Below are positions 29,476-38,339 of a stretch of 64,000 nucleotides of DNA, one piece after another. The DNA is from Bacteroidota bacterium. Lineage in GTDB: Bacteria; Bacteroidota; Bacteroidia; Bacteroidales; GCA-2748055. The number at the start of each line of letters is the position of its first letter. Positions within the stretch are counted from its first letter, which is position 1. The stretch lies in the NCBI GenBank assembly GCA_039714775.1, contig JBDLIQ010000001.1:19294-83293 (forward strand), given 5' to 3'. A model generated the notes under the pieces. That model did no database searches. It was not told where the DNA came from and was given only the letters and a program-made list of their open reading frames with translations. The position numbers and the translations under genes are program-made.

Positions 29476-30279
29476 TTAAACGAATCTTACCCCGAAAAGC
29501 AGGATGTCATCCACCTGCGGTTTATCTCCTTTCCAGCTTTCGATTACATGCTCCAGTTCATGCTGCTGCTCCTCCATGGGCCGGTCAGAGATCCTGATCA
29601 ATAACTCCTTCATAGGTCCGTACTTAAATTTCTTGTCCATGGGGCCACCGAACTGGTCGGCATAGCCATCGGAAAATATGTATACGGTGTCTCCGGGTTT
29701 AAGTTGTATGTTGTGATTTGTAAAAGACTCCTCCTCAATGGCATTGACCCCCACAGGCATCTTATCGGCTTTGATCTCTGTGAGAACCCTCTTCCTTACA
29801 TGGTAGAGGGGGTTGTGTGCCCCGGCATACTGCAGTACCCTGGTCTGACTGTTGTATACGCAGAGGGCCATGTCCATGGCATCCTTATTCTCAGCCTCTT
29901 CACCCCGCTGGTGAAGCGCGTTCATCACCCGCTCCCTGAGCAGGTTCAGAATCCTGGAGGGTTTGCATGGCCCGCTGCCGCTGAGGATCTCATTGAGGAA
30001 AGATACGCCCATGATGCTCATCAGTGCCCCCGGGACACCATGACCCGTGCAATCGCCCGCTGCCACAATGGTCAACTCCTCTTTCCTGGAGCAGTAATAG
30101 AAGTCACCGCTCACGATATCCCTGGGTTTATGAAGGATAAAATGGTCGTTAAGGACACTCTCCAGGTACCTCTGGTCGGGCAGGACCGCCTTTTGAATAA
30201 AACTGGCATATTTAAGGCTTGCCAGCAGCTCATGTCGCTGTTCGAGCAGATTCTCTCTTGTTAGCTTTTTCTCTTTCAA
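29476..30279 (-). CDS. PP2C-family (SpoIIE-type) Ser/Thr phosphatase, stand-alone catalytic domain
   Basis: 267 aa. ASFIQKAVLP, DIVSGDFYY, AAGDCTGHGVPGA, FSDGYADQFG and DDILLFGV. It is a paralog of the C-terminal domain of the upstream gene. Confidence 0.88.
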   Translation of the reverse strand: MKEKKLTRENLLEQRHELLASLKYASFIQKAVLPDQRYLESVLNDHFILHKPRDIVSGDFYYCSRKEELTIVAAGDCTGHGVPGALMSIMGVSFLNEILSGSGPCKPSRILNLLRERVMNALHQRGEEAENKDAMDMALCVYNSQTRVLQYAGAHNPLYHVRKRVLTEIKADKMPVGVNAIEEESFTNHNIQLKPGDTVYIFSDGYADQFGGPMDKKFKYGPMKELLIRISDRPMEEQQHELEHVIESWKGDKPQVDDILLFGVRFV

Positions 30280-33200
30280 AGCGAATTAATTCTTAGTCCC
30301 ATCACCAGGATGTCATCGATCTGACTGATGTCACCCATCCACTCCAGCAACACTTTTTCCAGTACTCCGCCATGCGCCTTCAGTGGTATGGATTGTAACT
30401 CCAGCAGGAGTTTTTTGAAATTTTTTGACATGAATTTCTTACCCCGCGACCCGCCAAACTGATCAAGGAACCCGTCCGAGAACATATAGATGTTGAATCC
30501 TTCATCCTTGAAGGTGGTTGCTGAAAAGGTCATATCCTTCTCAGAGACCCCGATGGGCATCTGGTCGCCCCGTATATGGAGAAGCAGGTATTCATTGTCA
30601 TGAATGGAGCCCTTGGGCAGTTCAAGCTCCTCTCCTTTGTTCAATTTGTTCTTTTCGCTGCGATTCAGCTTCCGTACAAGGTAGAGTGGATTGTAGGCTC
30701 CTGAAAACTGGATCTCGCGGGTTTTTGTGTCCACCGAGACCATGGCCAGGTCCATGCCGTCCTTGATGGCCTCCTGATCCTTTTTACCGGATTGCACCAG
30801 TGAGCGGATTACATGTTCACGGAGTGTCTCCAGGATCTTATCTGTACTGGTGATCTCCGATTTAATCACGATCTCATCCAGGAAGGTCATCCCCAGCATG
30901 CTCATGAAGGCACCCGGTACACCGTGGCCGGTGCAATCGGCCGCCACGATCAGCAGTTTATCATTCATGGATCCCATCCAGTAAAAATCCCCGCTTACAA
31001 TGTCCCTGGGTCTGAAGAGGATAAAATGCTCGATGCCGTACTCCTCCATCAGTTGGTCCGAGGGCAACAGGGCACGCTGGATCCGGCTGGCATATTCGAT
31101 GCTGTCGGTGAGCTCCTCTTTCTGTTTCCTGATCTCGGCGGTCCGCTGATCGATGATACCCTCCAGTCTCAGGTTCTCCTGTTTCAGTCTGCGGGTATAG
31201 AGTTTGATGATAAAAAACACCAGCAGTCCGGAGAGCAGGATGTAGGCGATAATGGCCGGAATGCTTGCATACCAGGGTCTTAAAATGATAAAGGAGTAGC
31301 TGGCCGGTTCGCTTATATCCCCGTAGACATTCAATGCTTTTACCCGGAGTGTGTATTTTCCATACTTCAGATTGGTGAACTCTTTGAATGTGTTGCTTTG
31401 CCACCCGGACCATTTATCGCTGAATCCCTCGAGTTTGTAGCTGTATTGCAGTCTCTCCTCCTGCTCGAAGAAGGGTGCGGCCCAGCGAAACTCAATGTTG
31501 TTGAACTGGTAGGGAATAACAGGTTGTGGTTTTGAAGCCTGCAGAAGGTCGATCATGTAACCACCATCACCTCTCTTTTTGAATGCAGTGCCATGGAACA
31601 TTACAGAATCTCCATTGTTGACGGCCACTTTGCGGATCAATGCTTTGAATGGCAGGGTATCGCTCCTGGTGAAGGACTTATCAAAGTGGTAGAGCTCATC
31701 GGCTTTGCTGAACCAGACCCCCTTTCCATCGTCTCTGAAAAAGACATCCACCGAGGCATTGGGAAGGCGTTGGAACGGTTTTTCAGCGATTACATCGAAC
31801 CGGACACTATCTCTTCGGGCCACCACCTCTGACCAGCCCGTGTACTGATTCTCAAACGAGAACCAGTAGTCACCATCCCTGTCCTGGTAGAGTGAGTGAA
31901 TGTTGTTTTTGCCGGGTGGAAGGGCGCTGTTGTACAACGAATCATACCTCAGTGTATCATAAAAATAGTTGTAGCGGTAGAACCCCCTCTTGGTACCGAT
32001 CAGCAACTCCCTCTTTTCCGGATCCGAATAGACCCTGTTGCCCTCATCGCCGGGCAGGCCATCTGCCGCGGAGAGGATTTTCAGTGTTGGTTCCTGCGCC
32101 ACCGACAGATCAATCCGCAGGATGATGTTCTGGCGGGTTGATATCCAGAAAAAACCGTACCTGTCCAGTAAAATATCATAAATGTTCCAGTCCAGATCGC
32201 GGAACCTGAGAATCTCTTTCCATTTGCCACGATGGTACTGGAGCCCTACAAGCTGATTGAGCCCTGTATAGAAGACATCTCTTCGTTTGGGATCGGGATA
32301 GATGCTCCTTCCGCTGTACTGCTCCTGATCATCTGGTGAATCGGGTGCATTGATCACCTGTTCGCGAATACTGGTAACGTTCAGCTTCTTATCGATCATA
32401 AAAGACTTTGGCGTACCCGAGGCAATCAGAATCTCTTTACCGGGCCGGGGTTCCATCACCTGCAGGTCCCAGATCTGTTCCTGGATTTCAGGTATTGGAA
32501 CAAAATGTGTACTCGTTCCCGTGGATGATTTATAATAAAGCCCCTGACTGGTAGAGATATACAATTGTCCGTCAAACCATGTAATGTCGTGGATAAGTCC
32601 CTCAAATCCGGATTTCTCAGAAAAGAGCCTGAAGGGATTGTTGGCCTCCACCTTGCTCACTCCCCTCCAGTTGGCGATCCAGATGGGTGCGGATCGCTTC
32701 ATGCGCCGGTCCGACCAGGCCTGGGAGACGGTCTCGTCAATCAATCCCTCATTCTCGGAGATGATCTCCAGCACCTCGAAATTCCTGTCCAGGATATACA
32801 ACCCACTATACGCGGTGCTCACCAGTATCTTCTCATTGTGAAGCCCCAGGGAGGGGATGACCGCTGAGGTAAGTGTCTCCATCAGTTCGGGCTCCATAAA
32901 GGATTTGTCTGCCACACCCGTCTCCGTGTTGAAGAGGTACAATCCATTGACATAGGTACTGATAAGCAGCCGCTTGTCATCATATGGCACAATGCCCGTA
33001 ATACTCAATCGTTTAAAGAAATCGCCACCCTTTACCAGGGTGAACTGATCATCCTCAACCTGCATGAGGCCCTCCGCGAAATTGACATGATAGAGGGTGT
33101 GGTTCACAACATAGGAGAAGTAGCCATCTTCGGGGGGCTCCAGGATCCGGACCTGCCCATTGTTGAGCGTATAGATAAAGATCCCCTGCATTGCACAGAA

Positions 33201-33635
33201 GTAGACGCTGTTATTATCAAAAAAGGTTCTCCAGATATCAAATACCGGGATCTGCTCAGAGATGGAAGAGTCACAAAAGGAGCGGTAATGCAGCTTTCCT
33301 GAACCATCTGGCTCCAGCCTGCCAAATTCATTGGCGGCCCCCACATAGACAAACCCGTCATCACCTGTTACCAGTGAGTAGACAGGTACATTGTTGGGAA
33401 CAGGAATGGTGCGCCACTCCACACCGTCATACTCCAGGACCCCCTTGTCCTGGTTTCCCACATAGAGCACACCCCGGAGGTCCTTGGTGACACACCAGTT
33501 CTGCTCGCTCCCACCGGTCTGGTAGTACGGGTAGTTGGTGATCAGGGGAACCCCATGCCTGTTTGGCTGCGCCCGAAGGCTGGCGCTGGTCAGCAGTGTG
33601 GCAAAGGCTAATAATATAGATGATCGCAACCTCAT
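30276..33635 (-). CDS. Sensor PP2C phosphatase: signal peptide, two-component-regulator beta-propellers, Y_Y_Y domain, TM, coiled coil, SpoIIE domain
   Basis: 1119 aa. Periplasmic propeller repeats, Y_Y_Y segment YSYKLEGFSDKWSGW..YGKYTLRVKA, a TM helix (IPAIIAYILLSGLLVFFIIKL), then ASRIQRALLP, DIVSGDFYW, AADCTGHGVPGA, FSDGFLDQFG and DDILVMGL. Confidence 0.88.
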   Translation of the reverse strand: MRLRSSILLAFATLLTSASLRAQPNRHGVPLITNYPYYQTGGSEQNWCVTKDLRGVLYVGNQDKGVLEYDGVEWRTIPVPNNVPVYSLVTGDDGFVYVGAANEFGRLEPDGSGKLHYRSFCDSSISEQIPVFDIWRTFFDNNSVYFCAMQGIFIYTLNNGQVRILEPPEDGYFSYVVNHTLYHVNFAEGLMQVEDDQFTLVKGGDFFKRLSITGIVPYDDKRLLISTYVNGLYLFNTETGVADKSFMEPELMETLTSAVIPSLGLHNEKILVSTAYSGLYILDRNFEVLEIISENEGLIDETVSQAWSDRRMKRSAPIWIANWRGVSKVEANNPFRLFSEKSGFEGLIHDITWFDGQLYISTSQGLYYKSSTGTSTHFVPIPEIQEQIWDLQVMEPRPGKEILIASGTPKSFMIDKKLNVTSIREQVINAPDSPDDQEQYSGRSIYPDPKRRDVFYTGLNQLVGLQYHRGKWKEILRFRDLDWNIYDILLDRYGFFWISTRQNIILRIDLSVAQEPTLKILSAADGLPGDEGNRVYSDPEKRELLIGTKRGFYRYNYFYDTLRYDSLYNSALPPGKNNIHSLYQDRDGDYWFSFENQYTGWSEVVARRDSVRFDVIAEKPFQRLPNASVDVFFRDDGKGVWFSKADELYHFDKSFTRSDTLPFKALIRKVAVNNGDSVMFHGTAFKKRGDGGYMIDLLQASKPQPVIPYQFNNIEFRWAAPFFEQEERLQYSYKLEGFSDKWSGWQSNTFKEFTNLKYGKYTLRVKALNVYGDISEPASYSFIILRPWYASIPAIIAYILLSGLLVFFIIKLYTRRLKQENLRLEGIIDQRTAEIRKQKEELTDSIEYASRIQRALLPSDQLMEEYGIEHFILFRPRDIVSGDFYWMGSMNDKLLIVAADCTGHGVPGAFMSMLGMTFLDEIVIKSEITSTDKILETLREHVIRSLVQSGKKDQEAIKDGMDLAMVSVDTKTREIQFSGAYNPLYLVRKLNRSEKNKLNKGEELELPKGSIHDNEYLLLHIRGDQMPIGVSEKDMTFSATTFKDEGFNIYMFSDGFLDQFGGSRGKKFMSKNFKKLLLELQSIPLKAHGGVLEKVLLEWMGDISQIDDILVMGLRINSL

Positions 33636-33673
33636 ACAGGCGAATTATAACTTCCTAAAATATTGAAAATATA

Positions 33674-33685
33674 TGGTTATAACCA
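33674..33685. promoter_or_regulatory. 12-bp perfect palindrome TGGTTATAACCA in divergent control region
   Basis: Read directly from the sequence. It lies about 40 nt upstream of the sensor-phosphatase start (33635, minus strand). Confidence 0.25.
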
Positions 33686-33748
33686 CACGATTTTTTTCTT
33701 TTTTTGCACCATCTGCGCAACCTAAAATATATATATTGGTTTAATTAG

Positions 33749-33762
33749 ATGTGAATTCACAT
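33749..33762. promoter_or_regulatory. 14-bp perfect palindrome ATGTGAATTCACAT upstream of the C25 peptidase gene
   Basis: Read directly from the sequence. It ends 13 nt before the ATG at 33776. Confidence 0.25.
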
Positions 33763-33775
33763 TTTTGTTGACCGG

Positions 33776-36700
33776 ATGAGTCGCTGTTTATCCATATTGC
33801 TGGGCATAGGTTGGTTGCTGACCGGGTCGCTCCCTCTGCCGGGGCAGGAGCTCCCTTTGAAGCTCAATACGCCTGTGAAGGAGAGGATCATCAGCCTGGA
33901 ATTCAGCGAAAAGCAGTTTCTGTTTGAAGCTTCTGTTGATATGCTTCACATAGCAGAGGCAGGGGCAGATGGTGGATTTGTTGCCCTCGCTATTCCCGGT
34001 TTCTATCCTTTCGGGACGCAGGGTGCGCCTTCACTTCCCAGGACAACGCTTCTTTTTGAAGCCGGACCACACGAAGAGACGCTTCTCTCCATTGAAGAGA
34101 TGGACTCCATGCTCTTCGACCTCCCTGCATTGGGGGTGGATAACCCGCTGCTTCCCTTCAGGCCCTCCGTGCAGAAGGGGGCCCTGATAAAAGCTGTTCG
34201 GGCAGATAGTGCCATCTATGCCACAGATGGCTGGATAGGCGGACCCGTTGTTTCGGTGGAATATGAGGGGAAGATGCGCGGACTTTCCATAAGCAACCTC
34301 CACTTCAACCCGGTTCAGTATAACCCGGTGAAGAGGCAGTTAAAGGTATACTATAACATCAGGGGCACCATCAAAACGGCACCCTTGTCCCGGACAACGA
34401 CTCCTTCAGAGGCCTTCTCAAAGCTCTTTGGCAGGGTGGTCCGGCAGGAGGCGCCATCACAACTCAAGGCGGCTCAATCCGAAGAGCCGATGACCCTGGT
34501 GATCCTCTCCGATACCATGTTCCGCGAGGCGATGGCTCCACTGGTGCAGTGGAAGAGCCGAAAAGGGTTCCGGGTGGTGGAGGCTTATACAACCGATAAC
34601 CTGGTGGGAGGGAGCAGGGAATCTATCAAGGCTTATTTGAAAGGGCTCTACCAGCAGCCTGCACCCGGAATCGCGCCACCCTCTTACCTGCTTATTGTGG
34701 GGGATGATGACCGGATCCCGCTCTCACAGGAATATGGAGAGGTGACCGACCTCTATTACGCTACCTATGATGGTGAAGGGGATTACATTCCCGAGCTGTT
34801 TTACGGAAGGATCTCGGTCAGGTCGCCCCAACAGCTTCAGTCGGTGGTGGATAAGATTCTGGAGTACGAACAGTACCAGTTTCCCGACCCTTCGTTTCTC
34901 GATAAGGCGGTGCTGATTGCCGGGGTGGATGGCACCTATGCAAGCAGCTACGGGAATGGTCAGATTAACTACGCCAATGACCACTACATAAACGAAGCAG
35001 AGGGCATCCAGACCCACATGTTCCGCTACCCCGAATCGGGCAGCAGCCGCCAGGCGATCCTGGACCTTATATCGGACGGTGTGGGATTTGTGAACTACAC
35101 CGGTCACGGAGAGTGGGACCGCTGGATGGATCCTGCCTTCCTGAGCAGCGATATTGATCAGCTGCAGAACCTGGGAAAATACCCCGTTATGATCGGGAAC
35201 GGGTGTGAAACCAACTACTTTGCTGCAACGGAGTGTTTTGCCGAGGCGCTGATCCGGGCCCAGGGAAAGGGTGCACTGGCCTATATCGGCTGTACAAACG
35301 ACTCCTACTGGGATGAGGACTACTTCTGGGCAGTGGGTGTGGGTCCCATCAGGGAACATCCGGAATATGAGGAGACTACCACCGGTTACTTCGACAGGGT
35401 ATTTCACGCCCACGGAGAGGATTATGACCTCTGGACCCCCACACTGGGAGAGATGGTTTTTGGTGGAAATATGGCGGTTCAGCAGAGCAGCAGCTCCAGG
35501 AAGAAGTTCTACTGGGAGATCTACCAGCTGGCCGGTGACCCCACCCTGGTGCCGTGGTTTTCACAGCCCGGAGTCCAGGAGGTTGAGCTTCCGGGAGTGG
35601 TTGCAACCGGAACAAAAAGGGTGGATCTGCGTTGTGCCCCCTACAGCTACATCAGCCTCACATACAACGGGGTTCTGCTTGATGCAATGCACTCCACCAG
35701 TCAGGGATTTGCAACCCTGCAGATCCCCGACACGCTGACCGGTGGCAGCCTGGATCTGGTTGTTTCGGGGGAGGGTTTCAGACCCTTTATGGAGGAGATT
35801 TTGCTGGGAACCCCCAGCGGACCCTACCTCGACCTGCTGGGATACAACCTCTCCCTGGAATCGGTGAAGGAGGACCTGCTGATCAGCCCCGGGGAGGAGG
35901 CAGCCCTGGATCTGGTCCTGGTCAACAGGGGCGGGGAGGCCATACTAAACGATACATTGCTCCTCTTCTCCACCCACAACGCCATAGAGGTAGAGGAGGC
36001 TCTCTTTCTCATAGAGCAGCTCAACCCGGGAGATACCCTTGAACTCTCCGGAGTGTTCCGGTTTGTTTCAGCAAACCTGCTTATCGACCAGGAGATTGCG
36101 GTGATGGGGATTCGCCTCACAGATGCATCCCCCCTCTATATCAGGGAGAGACTGCATGCCCCTGTGCTGGTCTCCGGGGGCATTAGCTGGGATGACAGGC
36201 CAAAGGGGAACGGGAACGGGATTGTCGAGCCGGGTGAATGGTTAAGCTGCAGGTGGCAGCTGGTAAACAGAGGCCATTTCAGTTCGGGTCCATTGGAGGG
36301 CACATTCCCTGACCCGAACAGATCCCTGATCGGGGAGGTGCTGTTTAATAACAGTCCTGTTGTGGAGCTGCAGGATAGCGCCACCCTTCAGTTTGACATT
36401 AAAGTGGCCAGCCCGGGAAAGGGGTGGTATGGTTCGGGATTGCTCCAGGCAGAAGAGCTCTACAGCATGGTGACCGATAGTTTCCGGCTCTCGGTGGACC
36501 GCTATGCTGAAGATTTCAAAGAGGGGAGACTCCATTTTCCCTTTAAGAACAGTGCCGAATATCCATGGCGCGTTGATGAGACTACATGGCACTCCCCCGG
36601 ATATTCGATGAAATCGGGTGGGATATCCCATAGCCAGCAGAGTGAAACATCCCTTTGCTTTGATATTTCGCAGGGGGACAGCCTCTCTTTCTTTTACAGG

Positions 36701-37828
36701 GTATCGTCCGAGCCTGCTTACGATTTTCTGAACTTCTATGTTGATTCTCTTCTGGATGAGCGTTGGTCTGGAGAGCGGGGATGGAGCAGGTATGCAGTCT
36801 ACCTGGAGGCAGGGGCCCACACCATCACCTGGAGCTACCGAAAGGACTACAACGTCAGCAAAGGAGAGGATGCAGCCTGGATCGATGAGATCACATTTCC
36901 CGGAGGTGCATTTGTCCGTGGTGACCTCTCCCTGATGGAGATTACACAGCCGGACCCGGGTCCATGGCTTACCGCTCAGGAGCAAGTCACAATCCGGGTG
37001 AGGAATACCTCATCTGACCCCATCGATGGTTTCTCTGCACGGTTCCTGTTAAACGGTGTCCCTTTTGCAGAGGGAGATTACGAAGATTCCCTGCTGCCGG
37101 GTGAGGAGGCGCAGCTGACCGGTGATCAGCAGCTTGATCTCTCAGGATTCAGCAGCTGGCTGCTGGGGGCCGAACTGATCTCAGACAGCCTCGGTTATTC
37201 GGGCAACAACAGACTGGAGAAGCTTATCACGCGCACCATCTATCCCGACCTGGCCCTCTCTCTTATCCGGGTGGACAACTATCCCGGGACCAGGGTCGAT
37301 GCCACAATAAGGGTGGAGAACAGGGGAAACATTCGGATCGATTCGCTGCACTATGAGATCCTGCTGGATGGCGGAATCTCCGGATCGGGTGTTCGCTATA
37401 TTGGAGTTGAAGCGGACCAGGTTTCAGAGCTGACCCTGATCCTGACCGATTCGCTGCAGCAGCTTTCAGAGGGGACCACCTACCTGTTCCTGATAAGGTC
37501 TGTCATTGCAGACAGTGTATCACAAAACAACCAGGCGGAGGGTCACTTTACCTGGCAGCCCCTCAATGTGCCCTCCACCGGTCAGCGCAGCGGGTGGCAC
37601 ATCTATCCCAACCCGGCCAGTGCAGGGTTCCGTATTATCCTGGATGAACCGGTTGGCTGCGACGAGCGCTTTGAGCTGGTGACTCTGACCGGGATGGTGG
37701 TCAACTCATTTGCAGTTGCAGAGGGAACCGAAAGTCTTGAGATACCAACCGGACCCACAGCCCCCGGCACCTACCTTCTCAGACGAATTAACAGTGGGGA
37801 GGCGCTTCTTTTGGTGATCCTTCCTTAG
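33776..37828 (+). CDS. C25 (gingipain-family) cysteine peptidase, multidomain, T9SS C-terminal sorting domain
   Basis: 1350 aa with a signal peptide and a C25 propeptide-like N-terminus. Catalytic-type motifs NYTGHGEWDRW (His) and IGNGCETNYF (Cys). CARDB-like repeats, a MAM/lectin-like module (SFFYRVSSEPAYDFLNFYVD..WSYRKDYNVSKGEDAAWIDEITF) and a T9SS tail (WHIYPNPASAGFRIIL..GTYLLRRINSGEALLLVILP). Confidence 0.85.
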   Translation: MSRCLSILLGIGWLLTGSLPLPGQELPLKLNTPVKERIISLEFSEKQFLFEASVDMLHIAEAGADGGFVALAIPGFYPFGTQGAPSLPRTTLLFEAGPHEETLLSIEEMDSMLFDLPALGVDNPLLPFRPSVQKGALIKAVRADSAIYATDGWIGGPVVSVEYEGKMRGLSISNLHFNPVQYNPVKRQLKVYYNIRGTIKTAPLSRTTTPSEAFSKLFGRVVRQEAPSQLKAAQSEEPMTLVILSDTMFREAMAPLVQWKSRKGFRVVEAYTTDNLVGGSRESIKAYLKGLYQQPAPGIAPPSYLLIVGDDDRIPLSQEYGEVTDLYYATYDGEGDYIPELFYGRISVRSPQQLQSVVDKILEYEQYQFPDPSFLDKAVLIAGVDGTYASSYGNGQINYANDHYINEAEGIQTHMFRYPESGSSRQAILDLISDGVGFVNYTGHGEWDRWMDPAFLSSDIDQLQNLGKYPVMIGNGCETNYFAATECFAEALIRAQGKGALAYIGCTNDSYWDEDYFWAVGVGPIREHPEYEETTTGYFDRVFHAHGEDYDLWTPTLGEMVFGGNMAVQQSSSSRKKFYWEIYQLAGDPTLVPWFSQPGVQEVELPGVVATGTKRVDLRCAPYSYISLTYNGVLLDAMHSTSQGFATLQIPDTLTGGSLDLVVSGEGFRPFMEEILLGTPSGPYLDLLGYNLSLESVKEDLLISPGEEAALDLVLVNRGGEAILNDTLLLFSTHNAIEVEEALFLIEQLNPGDTLELSGVFRFVSANLLIDQEIAVMGIRLTDASPLYIRERLHAPVLVSGGISWDDRPKGNGNGIVEPGEWLSCRWQLVNRGHFSSGPLEGTFPDPNRSLIGEVLFNNSPVVELQDSATLQFDIKVASPGKGWYGSGLLQAEELYSMVTDSFRLSVDRYAEDFKEGRLHFPFKNSAEYPWRVDETTWHSPGYSMKSGGISHSQQSETSLCFDISQGDSLSFFYRVSSEPAYDFLNFYVDSLLDERWSGERGWSRYAVYLEAGAHTITWSYRKDYNVSKGEDAAWIDEITFPGGAFVRGDLSLMEITQPDPGPWLTAQEQVTIRVRNTSSDPIDGFSARFLLNGVPFAEGDYEDSLLPGEEAQLTGDQQLDLSGFSSWLLGAELISDSLGYSGNNRLEKLITRTIYPDLALSLIRVDNYPGTRVDATIRVENRGNIRIDSLHYEILLDGGISGSGVRYIGVEADQVSELTLILTDSLQQLSEGTTYLFLIRSVIADSVSQNNQAEGHFTWQPLNVPSTGQRSGWHIYPNPASAGFRIILDEPVGCDERFELVTLTGMVVNSFAVAEGTESLEIPTGPTAPGTYLLRRINSGEALLLVILP

Positions 37829-37830
37829 CT

Positions 37831-37875
37831 GGTGATTGGTGATTGGTGAGTGTGAGGGTGAATGGTGATGGTGAC
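37831..37875. repeat. GGTGA-rich short tandem motif (GGTGATT x2 plus degenerate copies) between convergent genes
   Basis: The sequence is ggtgattggtgattggtgagtgtgagggtgaatggtgatggtgac. Its 19-nt core (37833-37851) recurs exactly, inverted, at 63448-63466. Confidence 0.6.
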
Positions 37876-37877
37876 TT

Positions 37878-38339
37878 TTACTCGGGTAGGGTAAGGTCAA
37901 AAATGCCCCCCTTTACAATGTAGCAGGTTGAGCCGCAACTCTCGCTGTAGTCCTTGAGGGTCATTCTGTCCGAGTCGAAGGCGATGATGGTTTTGGATCC
38001 GGAGCGGTATTGGGCCCTGACGGTGTAGGTGGTATGCATTCTTGATTTCAGGTAGAAGGTCTCATCAACAGCTGTATCCCGCCAGTCCACATCACCCCCT
38101 GTATCTCCTTCATAGATAATGAGGGGCACTGAATCATTCTCCGCGTTGATGGTCAGGTGGATAATCAGATCCGCACTGTCGGGCTTGTAGCCAAAGCAGT
38201 CGTTGCAATTCACATTCCCGATCCAGTCCTCCGGTTCGCAGCCGGTGAAATTTCCGGTGATCAGAACCAGGGCTGCGGTGACTGCTGCCATCAACCAGAT
38301 GCTGCCCCGGTCTCTAATATGAAATCTCTTTGAACTCAT
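37878..38339 (-). CDS. Cys-rich hypothetical lipoprotein
   Basis: Start chosen at 38339 (MSSKRFHIRDRGSIWLMAAVTAALVLITGNFTGC, signal plus lipobox). Six Cys residues, no recognisable domain. The tracked ORF extends to 38435. Confidence 0.55.
   Translation of the reverse strand: MSSKRFHIRDRGSIWLMAAVTAALVLITGNFTGCEPEDWIGNVNCNDCFGYKPDSADLIIHLTINAENDSVPLIIYEGDTGGDVDWRDTAVDETFYLKSRMHTTYTVRAQYRSGSKTIIAFDSDRMTLKDYSESCGSTCYIVKGGIFDLTLPE

Noticed and set aside
33776-37828. Calling the C25 peptidase the T9SS sortase PorU.
   Set aside because: No porV gene is adjacent, contrary to the usual porU-porV pairing. The extra CARDB and MAM-like modules and the ordinary cargo-type C-terminal domain fit a C25 cargo protease better. 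The question is left open as a check.
37831-37875. The GGTGATT tandem motif as a CRISPR array or minisatellite.
   Set aside because: The units are only 7 nt with no spacers, and the tract totals about 45 nt. This does not fit CRISPR repeat-spacer architecture.
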